Shown one piece after another: positions 28,766-38,262 of a DNA stretch of 50,481 nt (positions within the stretch are counted from its first letter, which is position 1; each line of letters starts with the position of its first letter). The notes beneath the pieces were generated by a model that saw only the letters and a program-made list of their open reading frames with translations, had not been told where the DNA came from and made no database searches. The stretch covers positions 1 to 50,481 of the forward strand of contig JAZSGQ010000023.1 of assembly GCA_045532805.1 (NCBI GenBank), in the 5' to 3' direction. A program made the position numbers and the translations under genes. Source of the DNA: Eubacteriales bacterium (lineage in GTDB: Bacteria > Bacillota > Clostridia > Oscillospirales > CAG-272).

Positions 28766-29500
28766 ATGAAGCAAGGCATTTTTAAGATCATCGAAAATAC
28801 CCCCCTGACCGCATCCGTTTATCGGATGCGTCTGCAGGGTGATACCTCCGCCGTGACGGCGGCAGGTCAGTTCGTCAATATCGCCCTTTCGGGCAAGTAT
28901 CTGCGCCGCCCCATCTCGGTGTGCGACGTACAGGGCGACGTGCTCACCATCATCTATAAGGTGGTCGGCAAGGGCACCGAGCAAATGTCTGCCATGGCCG
29001 TGGGTGAGGAACTGGATCTCCTCACGGGACTTGGCAACGGCTACGACCTCACGGTCGCAGGCGATCGCCCCTTACTGCTCGGCGGCGGCGTGGGCGTACC
29101 GCCCCTTTATCTGCTCGCCAAGCGCCTGATCGAGGGAGGTGCCGAGGTCACCGTGATCCTCGGCTTCAACCGCGCTGACGAGGTCTTTTATGAGAAAGAA
29201 TTTGCGGCACTGGGAGCAAAGGTCATCGTAGCCACCGCCGACGGCTCGGCGGGCGTCAAGGGCTTCGTGACCGACGCACTGCCCGCGGCGTACACCTACT
29301 TCTACACCTGCGGTCCCGAGCCGATGCTGAAGGCCGTATGGAAGGCCACCACCACCTCGGGCCAGATGAGTTTTGAGGAGCGTATGGGCTGTGGCTTTGG
29401 CGCGTGCATGGGTTGCTCGTGCAAAACGCTCACGGGCAACAAGCGCATTTGTAAGGAAGGCCCCGTGATGAGAAAGGAGGAGATCCTGTGGGAAAATTGA
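28766..29500 (+). CDS. pyrK: Dihydroorotate dehydrogenase electron transfer subunit
   Basis: LRRPIS, GGGVGVPP, 2Fe-2S motif MGCGFGACMGC...C. Confidence 0.95.
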   Translation: MKQGIFKIIENTPLTASVYRMRLQGDTSAVTAAGQFVNIALSGKYLRRPISVCDVQGDVLTIIYKVVGKGTEQMSAMAVGEELDLLTGLGNGYDLTVAGDRPLLLGGGVGVPPLYLLAKRLIEGGAEVTVILGFNRADEVFYEKEFAALGAKVIVATADGSAGVKGFVTDALPAAYTYFYTCGPEPMLKAVWKATTTSGQMSFEERMGCGFGACMGCSCKTLTGNKRICKEGPVMRKEEILWEN

Positions 29501-30399
29501 GCGTCAATTTGTGCGGCATCACGCTGGACAACCCCGTGATCCCCGCCTCTGGCACCTTTGGCTACGGCTATGAGTTTGCCGAACTGTACGACATCAACTG
29601 TCTTGGCACCTTCTCCTTCAAGGGCACCACGCGCGACCCGCGCTTCGGTAACCCCACGCCCCGCATCGCAGAGTGCACCGCGGGTATGATCAACGCCGTA
29701 GGACTGCAGAATCCCGGTGTGGACAAGGTCATTTCCGAGGAACTTCCCCGACTTGCAATATGCTTCCACAAGCCCGTGATGGCCAACGTCAGCGGCTTTA
29801 GCGTGGAGGACTACGCCTACACCTGCGAGCGCCTTGACAAAGAGGAGCAGGTGGGCTGGCTGGAGGTCAACGTCAGTTGCCCCAACGTACACGGTGGCGG
29901 TATGAGCTTCGGTACCGACCCCGCGGCCGCCGCAGAGGTGACGCGCGCCGTCAAGGCGGTCACCACCAAGCCCGTGATCATCAAACTCTCCCCCAACGTG
30001 ACCGACATCGTGTCGATCGCCAAGGCGTGCGAGGAGGCGGGCGCGGACGGCATTAGTCTCATTAACACGTTGCTTGGTATGCGCATCGACCTGCGTACCA
30101 AAAAGCCCGTAATTGCCAACCGTATGGGTGGATTTTCGGGCTCTGCGATCTTCCCCGTGGCCGTCCGTATGGTGTATCAGGTCGCAAACGCCGTCAAAAT
30201 CCCCGTGGTGGGTATGGGCGGTGTGAGCAGTGCCGAGGACGTACTGGAAATGATGATGGCAGGCGCCACCGCCGTACAGGTGGGTGCGGCAAACCTTGTC
30301 AATCCCTTCGCCGCTCGTGATATCGTAAACGATCTGCCGCGCGCAATGGAACGCTACGGCATCTCTTCTCTGGAATCTATAATAGGAGTGTGTAAATAA
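29488..30399 (+). CDS. pyrD: Dihydroorotate dehydrogenase (family 1B)
   Basis: [30 protein letters not shown]. Confidence 0.96.
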   Translation: MGKLSVNLCGITLDNPVIPASGTFGYGYEFAELYDINCLGTFSFKGTTRDPRFGNPTPRIAECTAGMINAVGLQNPGVDKVISEELPRLAICFHKPVMANVSGFSVEDYAYTCERLDKEEQVGWLEVNVSCPNVHGGGMSFGTDPAAAAEVTRAVKAVTTKPVIIKLSPNVTDIVSIAKACEEAGADGISLINTLLGMRIDLRTKKPVIANRMGGFSGSAIFPVAVRMVYQVANAVKIPVVGMGGVSSAEDVLEMMMAGATAVQVGAANLVNPFAARDIVNDLPRAMERYGISSLESIIGVCK

Positions 30400-31103
30400 T
30401 GGCAAAAGACGTCATCATCGCGTGCGACTTTGACAGCCGCGAAAAGGTACTCGGTTTCCTCGACCTGTTTGAAAACGAGGACAGAAAGCCCTTTGTAAAG
30501 ATCGGTATGGAACTCTACTATGCCGAGGGTCCCGAGATCGTCCGCGAGATCAAGCGCCGCGGTCACAAGATCTTCCTGGATCTCAAGCTGCACGATATTC
30601 CCAACACCGTAAAGAAGTCTATGGCGGTGCTTTCCCGTCTTGACGTGGATATGACCAACCTGCACGCAAGCGGCACCTGCCGTATGATGGAGGCCGCCAT
30701 CGAGGGACTCACGCGCCCCGACGGAACGCGCCCGATCCTCATCGCCGTGACCCAGCTCACCTCCACCGATCAGGAGAGCATGGAGAACGATCTGCTCATT
30801 CACGAGCCCATTGACAAGGTCGTGTTGCACTATGCCGCAAACGCCAAGAAGGCGGGACTTGACGGCGTGGTCTGCTCCCCCCTGGAGGCGGGCAAGGTAC
30901 ACGACACCTGCGGCGAGGGCTTCGTGACCGTCACCCCCGGTGTGCGCTTTGCTGACGGTGACGTGGGCGACCAGAAGCGCGTGATGACCCCTGCCGAGGC
31001 ACGCAAGATCGGCTCGGATTATATCGTGGTGGGACGTCCCATCACCGCCGCCGCCGACCCCGTTGCCGCTTACCGCCGCTGTGTTGCCGAGTTCCTCGGC
31101 TGA
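30399..31103 (+). CDS. pyrF: OMP decarboxylase
   Basis: [34 protein letters not shown]. Confidence 0.97.
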   Translation: MAKDVIIACDFDSREKVLGFLDLFENEDRKPFVKIGMELYYAEGPEIVREIKRRGHKIFLDLKLHDIPNTVKKSMAVLSRLDVDMTNLHASGTCRMMEAAIEGLTRPDGTRPILIAVTQLTSTDQESMENDLLIHEPIDKVVLHYAANAKKAGLDGVVCSPLEAGKVHDTCGEGFVTVTPGVRFADGDVGDQKRVMTPAEARKIGSDYIVVGRPITAAADPVAAYRRCVAEFLG

Positions 31104-31116
31104 AAGGAGAACAGAA

Positions 31117-31773
31117 ATGGAAGCATATAAGAGAGAGTTTATTGACTTTTTGAAGGGTGCAGGCGTGCTCAAATTCGGTGACTTCACCGCCAAAAGCGGC
31201 CGCAAGATCCCCTATTTCATCAATGCAGGCGATATCAAAACAGGCGACCAGATCGCAAAACTCGGCGAGTTCTACGCCAAAGCCTATCTGGAAAAGGTCG
31301 GCAACAGACGCACCGTGCTCTACGGCCCCGCCTACAAGGGCATCTCGATTGCCGTTTCCTCCTCTATCGCACTCTCCAAGAACGGTCTTGATGTCCCCTT
31401 CTTCTTCAACCGCAAGGAGGCCAAGGATCACGGTGAGGGCGGCATCTTCGTCGGCTACGTACCGAAAGCGGGTGAGGAGGTGGTGATCGTCGAGGACGTG
31501 ATCACTGCAGGCACCGCGATGCGTGAGACTATGGCAAACCTTTTCTCGCATGAGGGTGTCAAGGTGGCCGCCACCTTCGTCATGGTCGACCGCAAGGAAA
31601 AGGGCAAGGGCGAAAAATCCGCCATGGCCGAGGTCGAGGAAGAGTTTGGCTTTCCCGTTTACTCCGTGGTTGACGTATACGATATCATCGAGTATCTGGA
31701 AGAGGATCCCGCCAACGAGGAGAACGTCACCCGCATCAAGAACTATCTGGCCATAAACGGCGCAAAGGATTAA
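31117..31773 (+). CDS. pyrE: Orotate phosphoribosyltransferase
   Basis: [38 protein letters not shown]. Confidence 0.96.
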   Translation: MEAYKREFIDFLKGAGVLKFGDFTAKSGRKIPYFINAGDIKTGDQIAKLGEFYAKAYLEKVGNRRTVLYGPAYKGISIAVSSSIALSKNGLDVPFFFNRKEAKDHGEGGIFVGYVPKAGEEVVIVEDVITAGTAMRETMANLFSHEGVKVAATFVMVDRKEKGKGEKSAMAEVEEEFGFPVYSVVDVYDIIEYLEEDPANEENVTRIKNYLAINGAKD

Positions 31774-31777
31774 AAAA

Positions 31778-32878
31778 ATGAAGAGTCTGATCGATATTCT
31801 GGAACTCTCCGTCTCGGAGATCGACGAACTGCTGGCAACGGCGGGCGACATCATCGAGCACCCCGCCAAGTATGCCGACGCTTGCCGTGGCAAGAAACTT
31901 GCTACGCTGTTTTTTGAGCCGTCCACCCGTACGCGCCTTAGTTTCGAGGCCGCCATGTACGAGCTCGGCGGCAACGTGCTCGGCTTCTCGGACGCAGGCA
32001 CGTCCTCTGCCTCCAAGGGCGAAAGCATGGCCGATACCGCCAAGGTCATCAGTTGCTACGCCGACATCATTGCCATGCGCCACCACAAGGAGGGCGCACC
32101 CCTGGTTGCCTCCTGCAACGCCACCATTCCCGTGATCAATGCAGGTGACGGCGGCCACGCACACCCCACGCAAACGCTTGCCGACCTTCTCACCATCAAG
32201 CGTGAGAAGGGGCGCCTTTGCGACCTCACCGTGGGCTTTTGCGGCGACCTGAAATATGGCCGCACCGTTCACTCCCTGATCGCAGCCCTCTCCCGCTACA
32301 CGGGCATTCGTCTGGTGCTGATCTCCCCCGAGGAACTGCGCGTTCCCGGTTACGTCAAGCACGAGGCCATGCGCCACATGAACTATGAGGAGACCACGGA
32401 TCTGGAGAGCAAACTCCCCGAACTGGATATTCTCTATATGACGCGCGTACAGCGCGAGCGCTTTGCGGATCTCGAAACTTACGAGCGCCTCAAGGACACC
32501 TACATTCTCACCGCCGACAAGATGAGACTTGCCAAGAGCGATATGTGCGTCCTGCACCCCCTGCCCCGCGTCAACGAGATCAGCGTGAAGATCGACGCCG
32601 ATCCCCGCGCTTGCTACTTCAAACAGGTACTCAACGCAAAATATATCCGTATGGCGCTGATCCTCAAACTCCTGGAGGCGGCCAAGGGCCGCACGCCCGC
32701 TCCCGAGCCTCTGCCCACCGAGCGCGGCGAGAAGGACCTTATTGTAAATCAGTTGACCTGTGAAAACAAGCGTTGCATCACGTCCATCGAACAGGAATTG
32801 GATCAGGTGTTCCGCTTCGTTGACCGCAAGAACGGTATCTGCCGTTGTGTCTACTGCGAAAAGAAAGTCAAAATCTGA
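31778..32878 (+). CDS. pyrB: Aspartate carbamoyltransferase with fused C-terminal PyrI-like Zn domain
   Basis: [29 protein letters not shown]; tail C-ENKR-CIT...C-VY-C. Confidence 0.93.
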   Translation: MKSLIDILELSVSEIDELLATAGDIIEHPAKYADACRGKKLATLFFEPSTRTRLSFEAAMYELGGNVLGFSDAGTSSASKGESMADTAKVISCYADIIAMRHHKEGAPLVASCNATIPVINAGDGGHAHPTQTLADLLTIKREKGRLCDLTVGFCGDLKYGRTVHSLIAALSRYTGIRLVLISPEELRVPGYVKHEAMRHMNYEETTDLESKLPELDILYMTRVQRERFADLETYERLKDTYILTADKMRLAKSDMCVLHPLPRVNEISVKIDADPRACYFKQVLNAKYIRMALILKLLEAAKGRTPAPEPLPTERGEKDLIVNQLTCENKRCITSIEQELDQVFRFVDRKNGICRCVYCEKKVKI

Positions 32879-32890
32879 CCAAAAACAAAC

Positions 32891-32919
32891 AAAAAAGGCG
32901 CTCTTGCGAGCGCCTTTTT
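32891..32919. terminator. Bidirectional terminator
   Basis: AAAAAGGCGCTC-TTGC-GAGCGCCTTTTT. Confidence 0.8.
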
Positions 32920-32936
32920 ATTATATTAGGTTGGAA

Positions 32937-33941
32937 TTACTGCAACGTGGTCTTGAGAACGCCCTCTGCGAGATCGATCTCAATGGGAGTAGAGGAGGAA
33001 GGAAGGATCTCCTTGAATGCCTTGAGTGCGGCGGCCTCTGCCTTCTCGCCGTAGTGAATGATGAAGTAAGCACCCGTCTCGGTCTTCTTCAATTCGATGT
33101 GATAATCGTTCTCTCCTACCTTGGAAACGATCTCGGCATCAGTAAAGGAGGTGTCACCGACCAGGATCATGTAATCTGCCTTCACAATATTGGTGTCCTT
33201 GTATACGTCCACCTCATAGCCGGCCTCCTTGCCAATGTGCGTCTGCACCTTCTCGGCAAAGCTCTGGTAGGCGTTGGTCAGATCGCTTGCGGCAGGATAT
33301 ACGACTGCGTAGCTGTCGATACGTGCATTGCACAGCACGGTCTTGCTGTAAGAGTAACGACCAACGTTGGTGAGCGAATCGGCAGTCTCCTGGTCGACCT
33401 TCAGAGAAAGCATTGCGCCCTTGTTCACGGCGTTCTTGTCACCCTGCTCGTAAACGAATGCGGTCATAAAACGAACCACTGCGGTAGCGGTTGCGTCGTC
33501 AGAACCACCCGCGATCACGAACTTGGTACCCACGATAGCCAACTCATAGTCGCTCGTTCTCTTGCCTTCCAGGATCTTTGCGGACTCGGGGCGGTTGGTG
33601 GCACCGATCAGGATCTCGTTGTCTGCCACGACGTCATCGTCAGCACCTTCCTTGTCGGAATAGCACTCACGCACGTTCAACTCGCAGTTAAGGTAGGTCT
33701 TGTAGGCATCGACCAGCGCGTTTACTGCGGCCTTCAGACCGGGGCCTGCGTTGTAGTCGAACACAACGTCATACTTTGCCTCGCCGTTGGTTACAAGGCG
33801 GAGCTCCTTGTTTTCCTCTTCCTGTTGCTGATTGTTGTTCGCATCAGGATTCTCGTCGGGAGTCTCATCCTGGCAAGCAACCAGCGGAACGGCCAGCATC
33901 AAAAGAGCGAGAATAAGAGACAGAATACGAATGGCTTTCAT
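32937..33941 (-). CDS. Lipoprotein with two tandem GH20-domain-2-like (non-catalytic) modules
   Basis: Signal peptide with LVAC lipobox; EILIGATNRPES...YELAIVGTKFVIAGGSD and a second, weaker copy; AAGGAG RBS. Confidence 0.75.
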   Translation of the reverse strand: MKAIRILSLILALLMLAVPLVACQDETPDENPDANNNQQQEEENKELRLVTNGEAKYDVVFDYNAGPGLKAAVNALVDAYKTYLNCELNVRECYSDKEGADDDVVADNEILIGATNRPESAKILEGKRTSDYELAIVGTKFVIAGGSDDATATAVVRFMTAFVYEQGDKNAVNKGAMLSLKVDQETADSLTNVGRYSYSKTVLCNARIDSYAVVYPAASDLTNAYQSFAEKVQTHIGKEAGYEVDVYKDTNIVKADYMILVGDTSFTDAEIVSKVGENDYHIELKKTETGAYFIIHYGEKAEAAALKAFKEILPSSSTPIEIDLAEGVLKTTLQ

Positions 33942-34009
33942 CGTGTTTTCTCCTTATCGTGTGTTTTTGCGGCACCAAACCGCCGCAGGGTATAGTTGGA
34001 ATCGTATTT

Positions 34010-34038
34010 ATTATACCAAAAGATGAAGGGTTTGTAAA
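34010..34038 (-). promoter_or_regulatory. SigA promoter of the lipoprotein gene
   Basis: On - strand TTTACA-17 bp-TATAAT with extended TG. Confidence 0.65.
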
Positions 34039-34128
34039 GAGTTTTTATAAAAAATCATTAAAATTATATATATACGCATATTATGGTGTTTTTTTATGCA
34101 ATATCCGAGGATATCCCTTCCGTTTCGC

Positions 34129-34157
34129 TTGCATTTGCGCGGGTAATATGATATACT
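34129..34157 (+). promoter_or_regulatory. SigA promoter of the ymdB operon
   Basis: TTGCAT-17 bp-TATACT with extended TG. Confidence 0.6.
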
Positions 34158-34212
34158 TATATCAAACAAATTCCTGCGGCGCCCTGGCGCGCCGATAGAA
34201 AGCGAAACGGTT

Positions 34213-34986
34213 ATGAAGCTTTTAGCACTCGGTGACGTGGTGGGCGAGGCCTCCCTTGCTTATCTGCGTCGCACACTCCCCGGGGTCCGCCGCGAATACG
34301 GCGCCGACCTCGTCATCGCCAACGGCGAAAACGTCTGCGATATCCACGGCATCTCCCCCGCCGCCGCGCAGGGGTTGCTCGACGCAGGCGTAGACATCAT
34401 CACGTCGGGCAATCACGTATTTGACCGCCGCGATGCCTATTCCCTCTTAGAAAATTCCACCACGCTTCTGCGTCCGTGCAACTATCCCGCAGAGTGCCCC
34501 GGTGAGGGCGCGCGCATGGTTACGTCCGCAGACGGGTGGCAAATTCTGGTGGTCAACGTGTCGGGCTGTACCTTTATGGAGCCGCTCGGCAACCCCTTTT
34601 CCGCCGTGCAGTACGCACTGGATCACGCCCGCGGTCGCTATGATTTTGCGGTGCTGGATATCCACGCGGAGGCCACGTCGGAGAAACTCGCACTGGCAAG
34701 ATACTTTGACGGAGCATTCGCTGCGATTTTCGGCACACACACGCACGTGCAGACCAACGATGCGCAGATCCTGCCAAACGGTACGGGTTATATTACGGAT
34801 CTCGGTATGACGGGACCCGTAAACGGCATTCTCGGCGTGCGTGCCGACGAGGTGATTCTGCGCAACCGCACCCACCTACCCCAGCGCTTTTCCGTGGCCG
34901 ACGGCCCCGTACGCGCACACGGCGCACTGTTTGAGATCAATCCCACGGGCGGCACTGCCATCTCGGTGAAGCCCATTTCGTTTTAA
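34213..34986 (+). CDS. ymdB: YmdB-family metallophosphoesterase
   Basis: GDVVG, NGEN, TSGNH, DIHAEATSEK, GTHTHVQT, TDLGMTG. Confidence 0.92.
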   Translation: MKLLALGDVVGEASLAYLRRTLPGVRREYGADLVIANGENVCDIHGISPAAAQGLLDAGVDIITSGNHVFDRRDAYSLLENSTTLLRPCNYPAECPGEGARMVTSADGWQILVVNVSGCTFMEPLGNPFSAVQYALDHARGRYDFAVLDIHAEATSEKLALARYFDGAFAAIFGTHTHVQTNDAQILPNGTGYITDLGMTGPVNGILGVRADEVILRNRTHLPQRFSVADGPVRAHGALFEINPTGGTAISVKPISF

Positions 34987-34998
34987 GGGGGAGACGGC

Positions 34999-35613
34999 AT
35001 GAGTAAAACAAAGTTGCGCGGCGGTGCCCTGCTCGCGCCCGTGCCACCCGTTATGGTCAGTTGCGGCACGATGGAGCACGCCAACATTCTCACCGTTGCC
35101 TGGACGGGCATCGTAAACACCATTCCGCCCAAAACCTATATTTCCGTAAGGAAAAAGCGGTTTTCTCACCCCATTATCAAGGATAGCGGCGAATTTGTGC
35201 TCAATCTCACCCCCTCGTCGCTCGTGCGCGCGGCAGACTACTGCGGCACGTTCACGGGCGCCAAGGTAGATAAATTTAAAAAATGCAACCTCACCCGCGC
35301 GGCCGCCGAGGAGGTCAGCGCCCCGATGATCGCGGAGTGCCCCATCTCGCTTTGCTGTCGCGTGACCGATGTGATCGAAATGGGCTCGCACGATATGTTC
35401 CTCGCGGACATCGTGGCAGTCTACGCCGACGATGCTCTTCTTGACGAGAACGGCAAACTCCACATCGAGCGCGCAGATCTTTGCGCGTACGCACACGGTG
35501 ATTACTATGCACTGGGTCGCCGCATCGGCAAGTTCGGATTTTCCGCAACCAAGCGAAAAAAACACCCCGTCCACGCACTAAATAAGAAAAACAAAGTCAA
35601 AGGAGAAGATTGA
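34999..35613 (+). CDS. Flavin reductase family protein
   Basis: PVPPVMVS, TVAWTG, GEFVLNL, IAECP, GSHDMF. Confidence 0.88.
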   Translation: MSKTKLRGGALLAPVPPVMVSCGTMEHANILTVAWTGIVNTIPPKTYISVRKKRFSHPIIKDSGEFVLNLTPSSLVRAADYCGTFTGAKVDKFKKCNLTRAAAEEVSAPMIAECPISLCCRVTDVIEMGSHDMFLADIVAVYADDALLDENGKLHIERADLCAYAHGDYYALGRRIGKFGFSATKRKKHPVHALNKKNKVKGED

Positions 35614-35614
35614 T

Positions 35615-35884
35615 ATGAAAGCAGTCATTACCGTAACAGGCAAGGATAGCGTGGGCATCGTCGCCCGCGTGAGCGCACTTTGCGCCGAGTACAACGCCAA
35701 CATCGTGGATATCACGCAGAGCGTGCTGTCCGAATACTTCGCCATGATCATTCTGGCCGAGATCGACCACCTCAATATCCCGTTTGCCACCTTTGCCAAG
35801 ACGCTTGCCGACGCGGGACGCGAGCAGCATCTGGACGTGCGCGCCATGCACGAGGACATCTTCAACACCATGCACCACATTTAA
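35615..35884 (+). CDS. ACT domain protein (UPF0237)
   Basis: MKAVITVTGKDSVGIVA...NIVDITQ...HEDIFNTMHHI. Confidence 0.9.
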   Translation: MKAVITVTGKDSVGIVARVSALCAEYNANIVDITQSVLSEYFAMIILAEIDHLNIPFATFAKTLADAGREQHLDVRAMHEDIFNTMHHI

Positions 35885-35896
35885 GAGGTAGTACGC

Positions 35897-37255
35897 ATGC
35901 TCAATACTACTGATATTCTGGAAACCATCGGTATGATACGCGAGGAAAACCTCGATATCCGTACCATTACTATGGGGATTTCCCTTTTCGACTGCGTCAG
36001 TGACGACGCAAACCGCCTTTGTGAGAAGGTTTACGACAAGATCACGCGCACGGCCGAGCACCTGGTTGCCACGGGCGTGGACATTGAAAATAAATACGGC
36101 ATTGCGATCGTCAATAAGCGCGTTTCGGTCACGCCCGTTTCGCTCATCGGCGGCAATATGTCCCCCGACGGGTATTTAAAACTGGCACACACCCTGCAAA
36201 GGGCGGCCAACACGCTCGGCATCAACTTCATCGGCGGCTACTCCGCACTCGTGCACAAGGGTATGACGGCAGGCGAGCGCAACCTGATTTCCGTGATCCC
36301 CGAGGCACTCACCGAAACCGACATCGTCTGCTCCTCCGTGAACGTGGCCACCACCAAGGCGGGCATCAATATGGACGCGATCCGTTTGATGGGCAGTGCG
36401 ATCAAGCGCGCCGCGTATCTGACGCGCGACAACAACTCCATGGCTTGTGCAAAACTGGTCGTTTTCGCCAACGTCCCCGAGGATAACCCCTTTATGGCAG
36501 GTGCCTTCCACGGCGTGGGCGAGCCCGATTCCGTCATCAACGTCGGTGTGTCGGGCCCCGGTGTGGTCGCCGCGGCCATTCGCCGCGCGGGCGATTGCAA
36601 CCTCTCGGAACTTGCCGACATCATCAAGAAAACGGCCTTCAAGATCACGCGCGTAGGTCAACTGGTGGCAAGTGAAGCCGCCGAGCGACTGGGCACTCCC
36701 TTCGGCATCATCGACCTTTCCCTGGCCCCCACCCCCGCCATCGGCGATTCGGTGGCGCACATTCTGGAGGAAATGGGTCTGGAATCCTGTGGCGCACACG
36801 GTACCACCGCGTGCCTTGCCATGCTCAACGACGCCGTGAAAAAGGGCGGCGTGATGGCCTCCTCGCACGTGGGCGGCCTGTCGGGCGCTTTCATTCCCGT
36901 CTCCGAGGACGCGGGCATGATCGCCGCCGTGGAGCGCGGCGCACTCTCGCTTGAAAAACTGGAAGCCATGACTGCCGTTTGCTCGGTCGGTCTTGATATG
37001 ATCGCCGTGCCCGGCGACGTTTCCGAGGAAGTCATCTGCGGTATCATCGCAGACGAGATCTCCATCGGCGTGGTCAACACCAAAACCACTGCCGTGCGCA
37101 TCATTCCCGCCTACGGTAAGGGCGTTGGCGAGAGCGTGGATTTCGGCGGATTGCTCGGCTCCGCACCCATCATGCCCGTGCGCGAGTACTCCCCCGCACG
37201 CTTCATTCACCGCGGCGGACGCATTCCCGCACCCATTCACTCACTCAAAAACTAA
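35897..37255 (+). CDS. DUF711/UPF0210 (PFL-like) family protein
   Basis: [51 protein letters not shown]; usual partner of the ACT gene. Confidence 0.92.
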   Translation: MLNTTDILETIGMIREENLDIRTITMGISLFDCVSDDANRLCEKVYDKITRTAEHLVATGVDIENKYGIAIVNKRVSVTPVSLIGGNMSPDGYLKLAHTLQRAANTLGINFIGGYSALVHKGMTAGERNLISVIPEALTETDIVCSSVNVATTKAGINMDAIRLMGSAIKRAAYLTRDNNSMACAKLVVFANVPEDNPFMAGAFHGVGEPDSVINVGVSGPGVVAAAIRRAGDCNLSELADIIKKTAFKITRVGQLVASEAAERLGTPFGIIDLSLAPTPAIGDSVAHILEEMGLESCGAHGTTACLAMLNDAVKKGGVMASSHVGGLSGAFIPVSEDAGMIAAVERGALSLEKLEAMTAVCSVGLDMIAVPGDVSEEVICGIIADEISIGVVNTKTTAVRIIPAYGKGVGESVDFGGLLGSAPIMPVREYSPARFIHRGGRIPAPIHSLKN

Positions 37256-37263
37256 ACAGATCA

Positions 37264-37295
37264 GGGTCTCGCGTCATGAGCGCGAGACCCTTTTT
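37264..37295 (+). terminator. Intrinsic terminator
   Basis: AGGGTCTCGCG...CGCGAGACCCTTTTT. Confidence 0.75.
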
Positions 37296-37422
37296 GGAAC
37301 CTTTTTTCACCGCGCACTTTTTCGAAATCGGGACACCCCCTTTCCGCGTTTGGAAAGAAATTCCCGCTTTTGGATCACCCCTTCCTTTTTTCATCGCGAG
37401 AATCCCCAAAACCCCGTTTTGC

Positions 37423-37496
37423 TGTGGAAAACCCTGTGGAAACTGGGTAAAACTCGGCAGAATCAGCGTTTGCGGACAAGGGGTGCCTGTGGAAAA
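37423..37496. promoter_or_regulatory. Cluster of DnaA-box-like 9-mers
   Basis: TGTGGAAAA (37423), TGTGGAAAC (37435), TGGGTAAAA (37444), TGCGGACAA (37471), TGTGGAAAA (37488) versus consensus TGTGGATAA; all same orientation. Confidence 0.6.
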
Positions 37497-37563
37497 CTCG
37501 GTGTTCTCCCCTTTTTCGCGCAAGATCGACAGGAAGCGATTTTTCCGATTTGGAAGCACCTGC

Positions 37564-37592
37564 TTGCATTCCGTCGTTTTTTATGCTATACT
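37564..37592 (+). promoter_or_regulatory. SigA promoter
   Basis: TTGCAT-17 bp-TATACT with extended TG. Confidence 0.6.
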
Positions 37593-37662
37593 CTATGTAG
37601 CCGCTCGGTCTGTTTTATTACAGTTCTCGCGGATCCCTTCCTATCCTCATAAGGAGGCCTCT

Positions 37663-38229
37663 ATGAACGAATTTTCCACCTATGAATTTGCCGTAAAGCA
37701 AAAGATCGAAGGCAAATGGCGCCTTGCTCGCTTCGCGTTGATCCTTTTATATGTCCTTTTCGTGTCGGCCTGGCTGCTGTTCGGCTTCACGATGCAACTG
37801 TTCGTGCAACTCCTCGCGCTCATTCCCATCACCACGTGGATCCTGGTGTTCTTCACCTGGCGCTACGTTTCGGTGGAATACGAGTATTCCATCACCTCGG
37901 GAGAACTCACCTTCAGCAAGATCTTTGGCGGTCGCTCGCGCCGTACCTGTCTGCGCCTTTTGCTACGTGATGCCGTGCGCATCGCGCCGCTGGAGGACGG
38001 TGAGGAAGCGGAAAAAGCCGCGGCCTATCACCCCGAACGTGAATTTTCCGCCATTTCCTCGCTCCGCGCACCCGACATTTACTTCGTTTTGTTCGAATAT
38101 GAATTTAAGGAGCACGGCAAGATCAAAAAGCGCCGCGCCATCTTCTATTTCGAGGCAACCGCCAAAGCGTTGCAGATCTGCCGCTTTTACAATCCCAGCG
38201 CGACTGTGATGACCAAAACACAGCGCTGA
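37663..38229 (+). CDS. Two-TM membrane protein (tentatively DUF6106-like)
   Basis: AAGGAGG RBS; two TM helices then VEYEYSITSGELTFSKIFG. Confidence 0.75.
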   Translation: MNEFSTYEFAVKQKIEGKWRLARFALILLYVLFVSAWLLFGFTMQLFVQLLALIPITTWILVFFTWRYVSVEYEYSITSGELTFSKIFGGRSRRTCLRLLLRDAVRIAPLEDGEEAEKAAAYHPEREFSAISSLRAPDIYFVLFEYEFKEHGKIKKRRAIFYFEATAKALQICRFYNPSATVMTKTQR

Positions 38230-38262
38230 CACCACTACAAGTTTGAGTAAGGAGCGCTCTGT

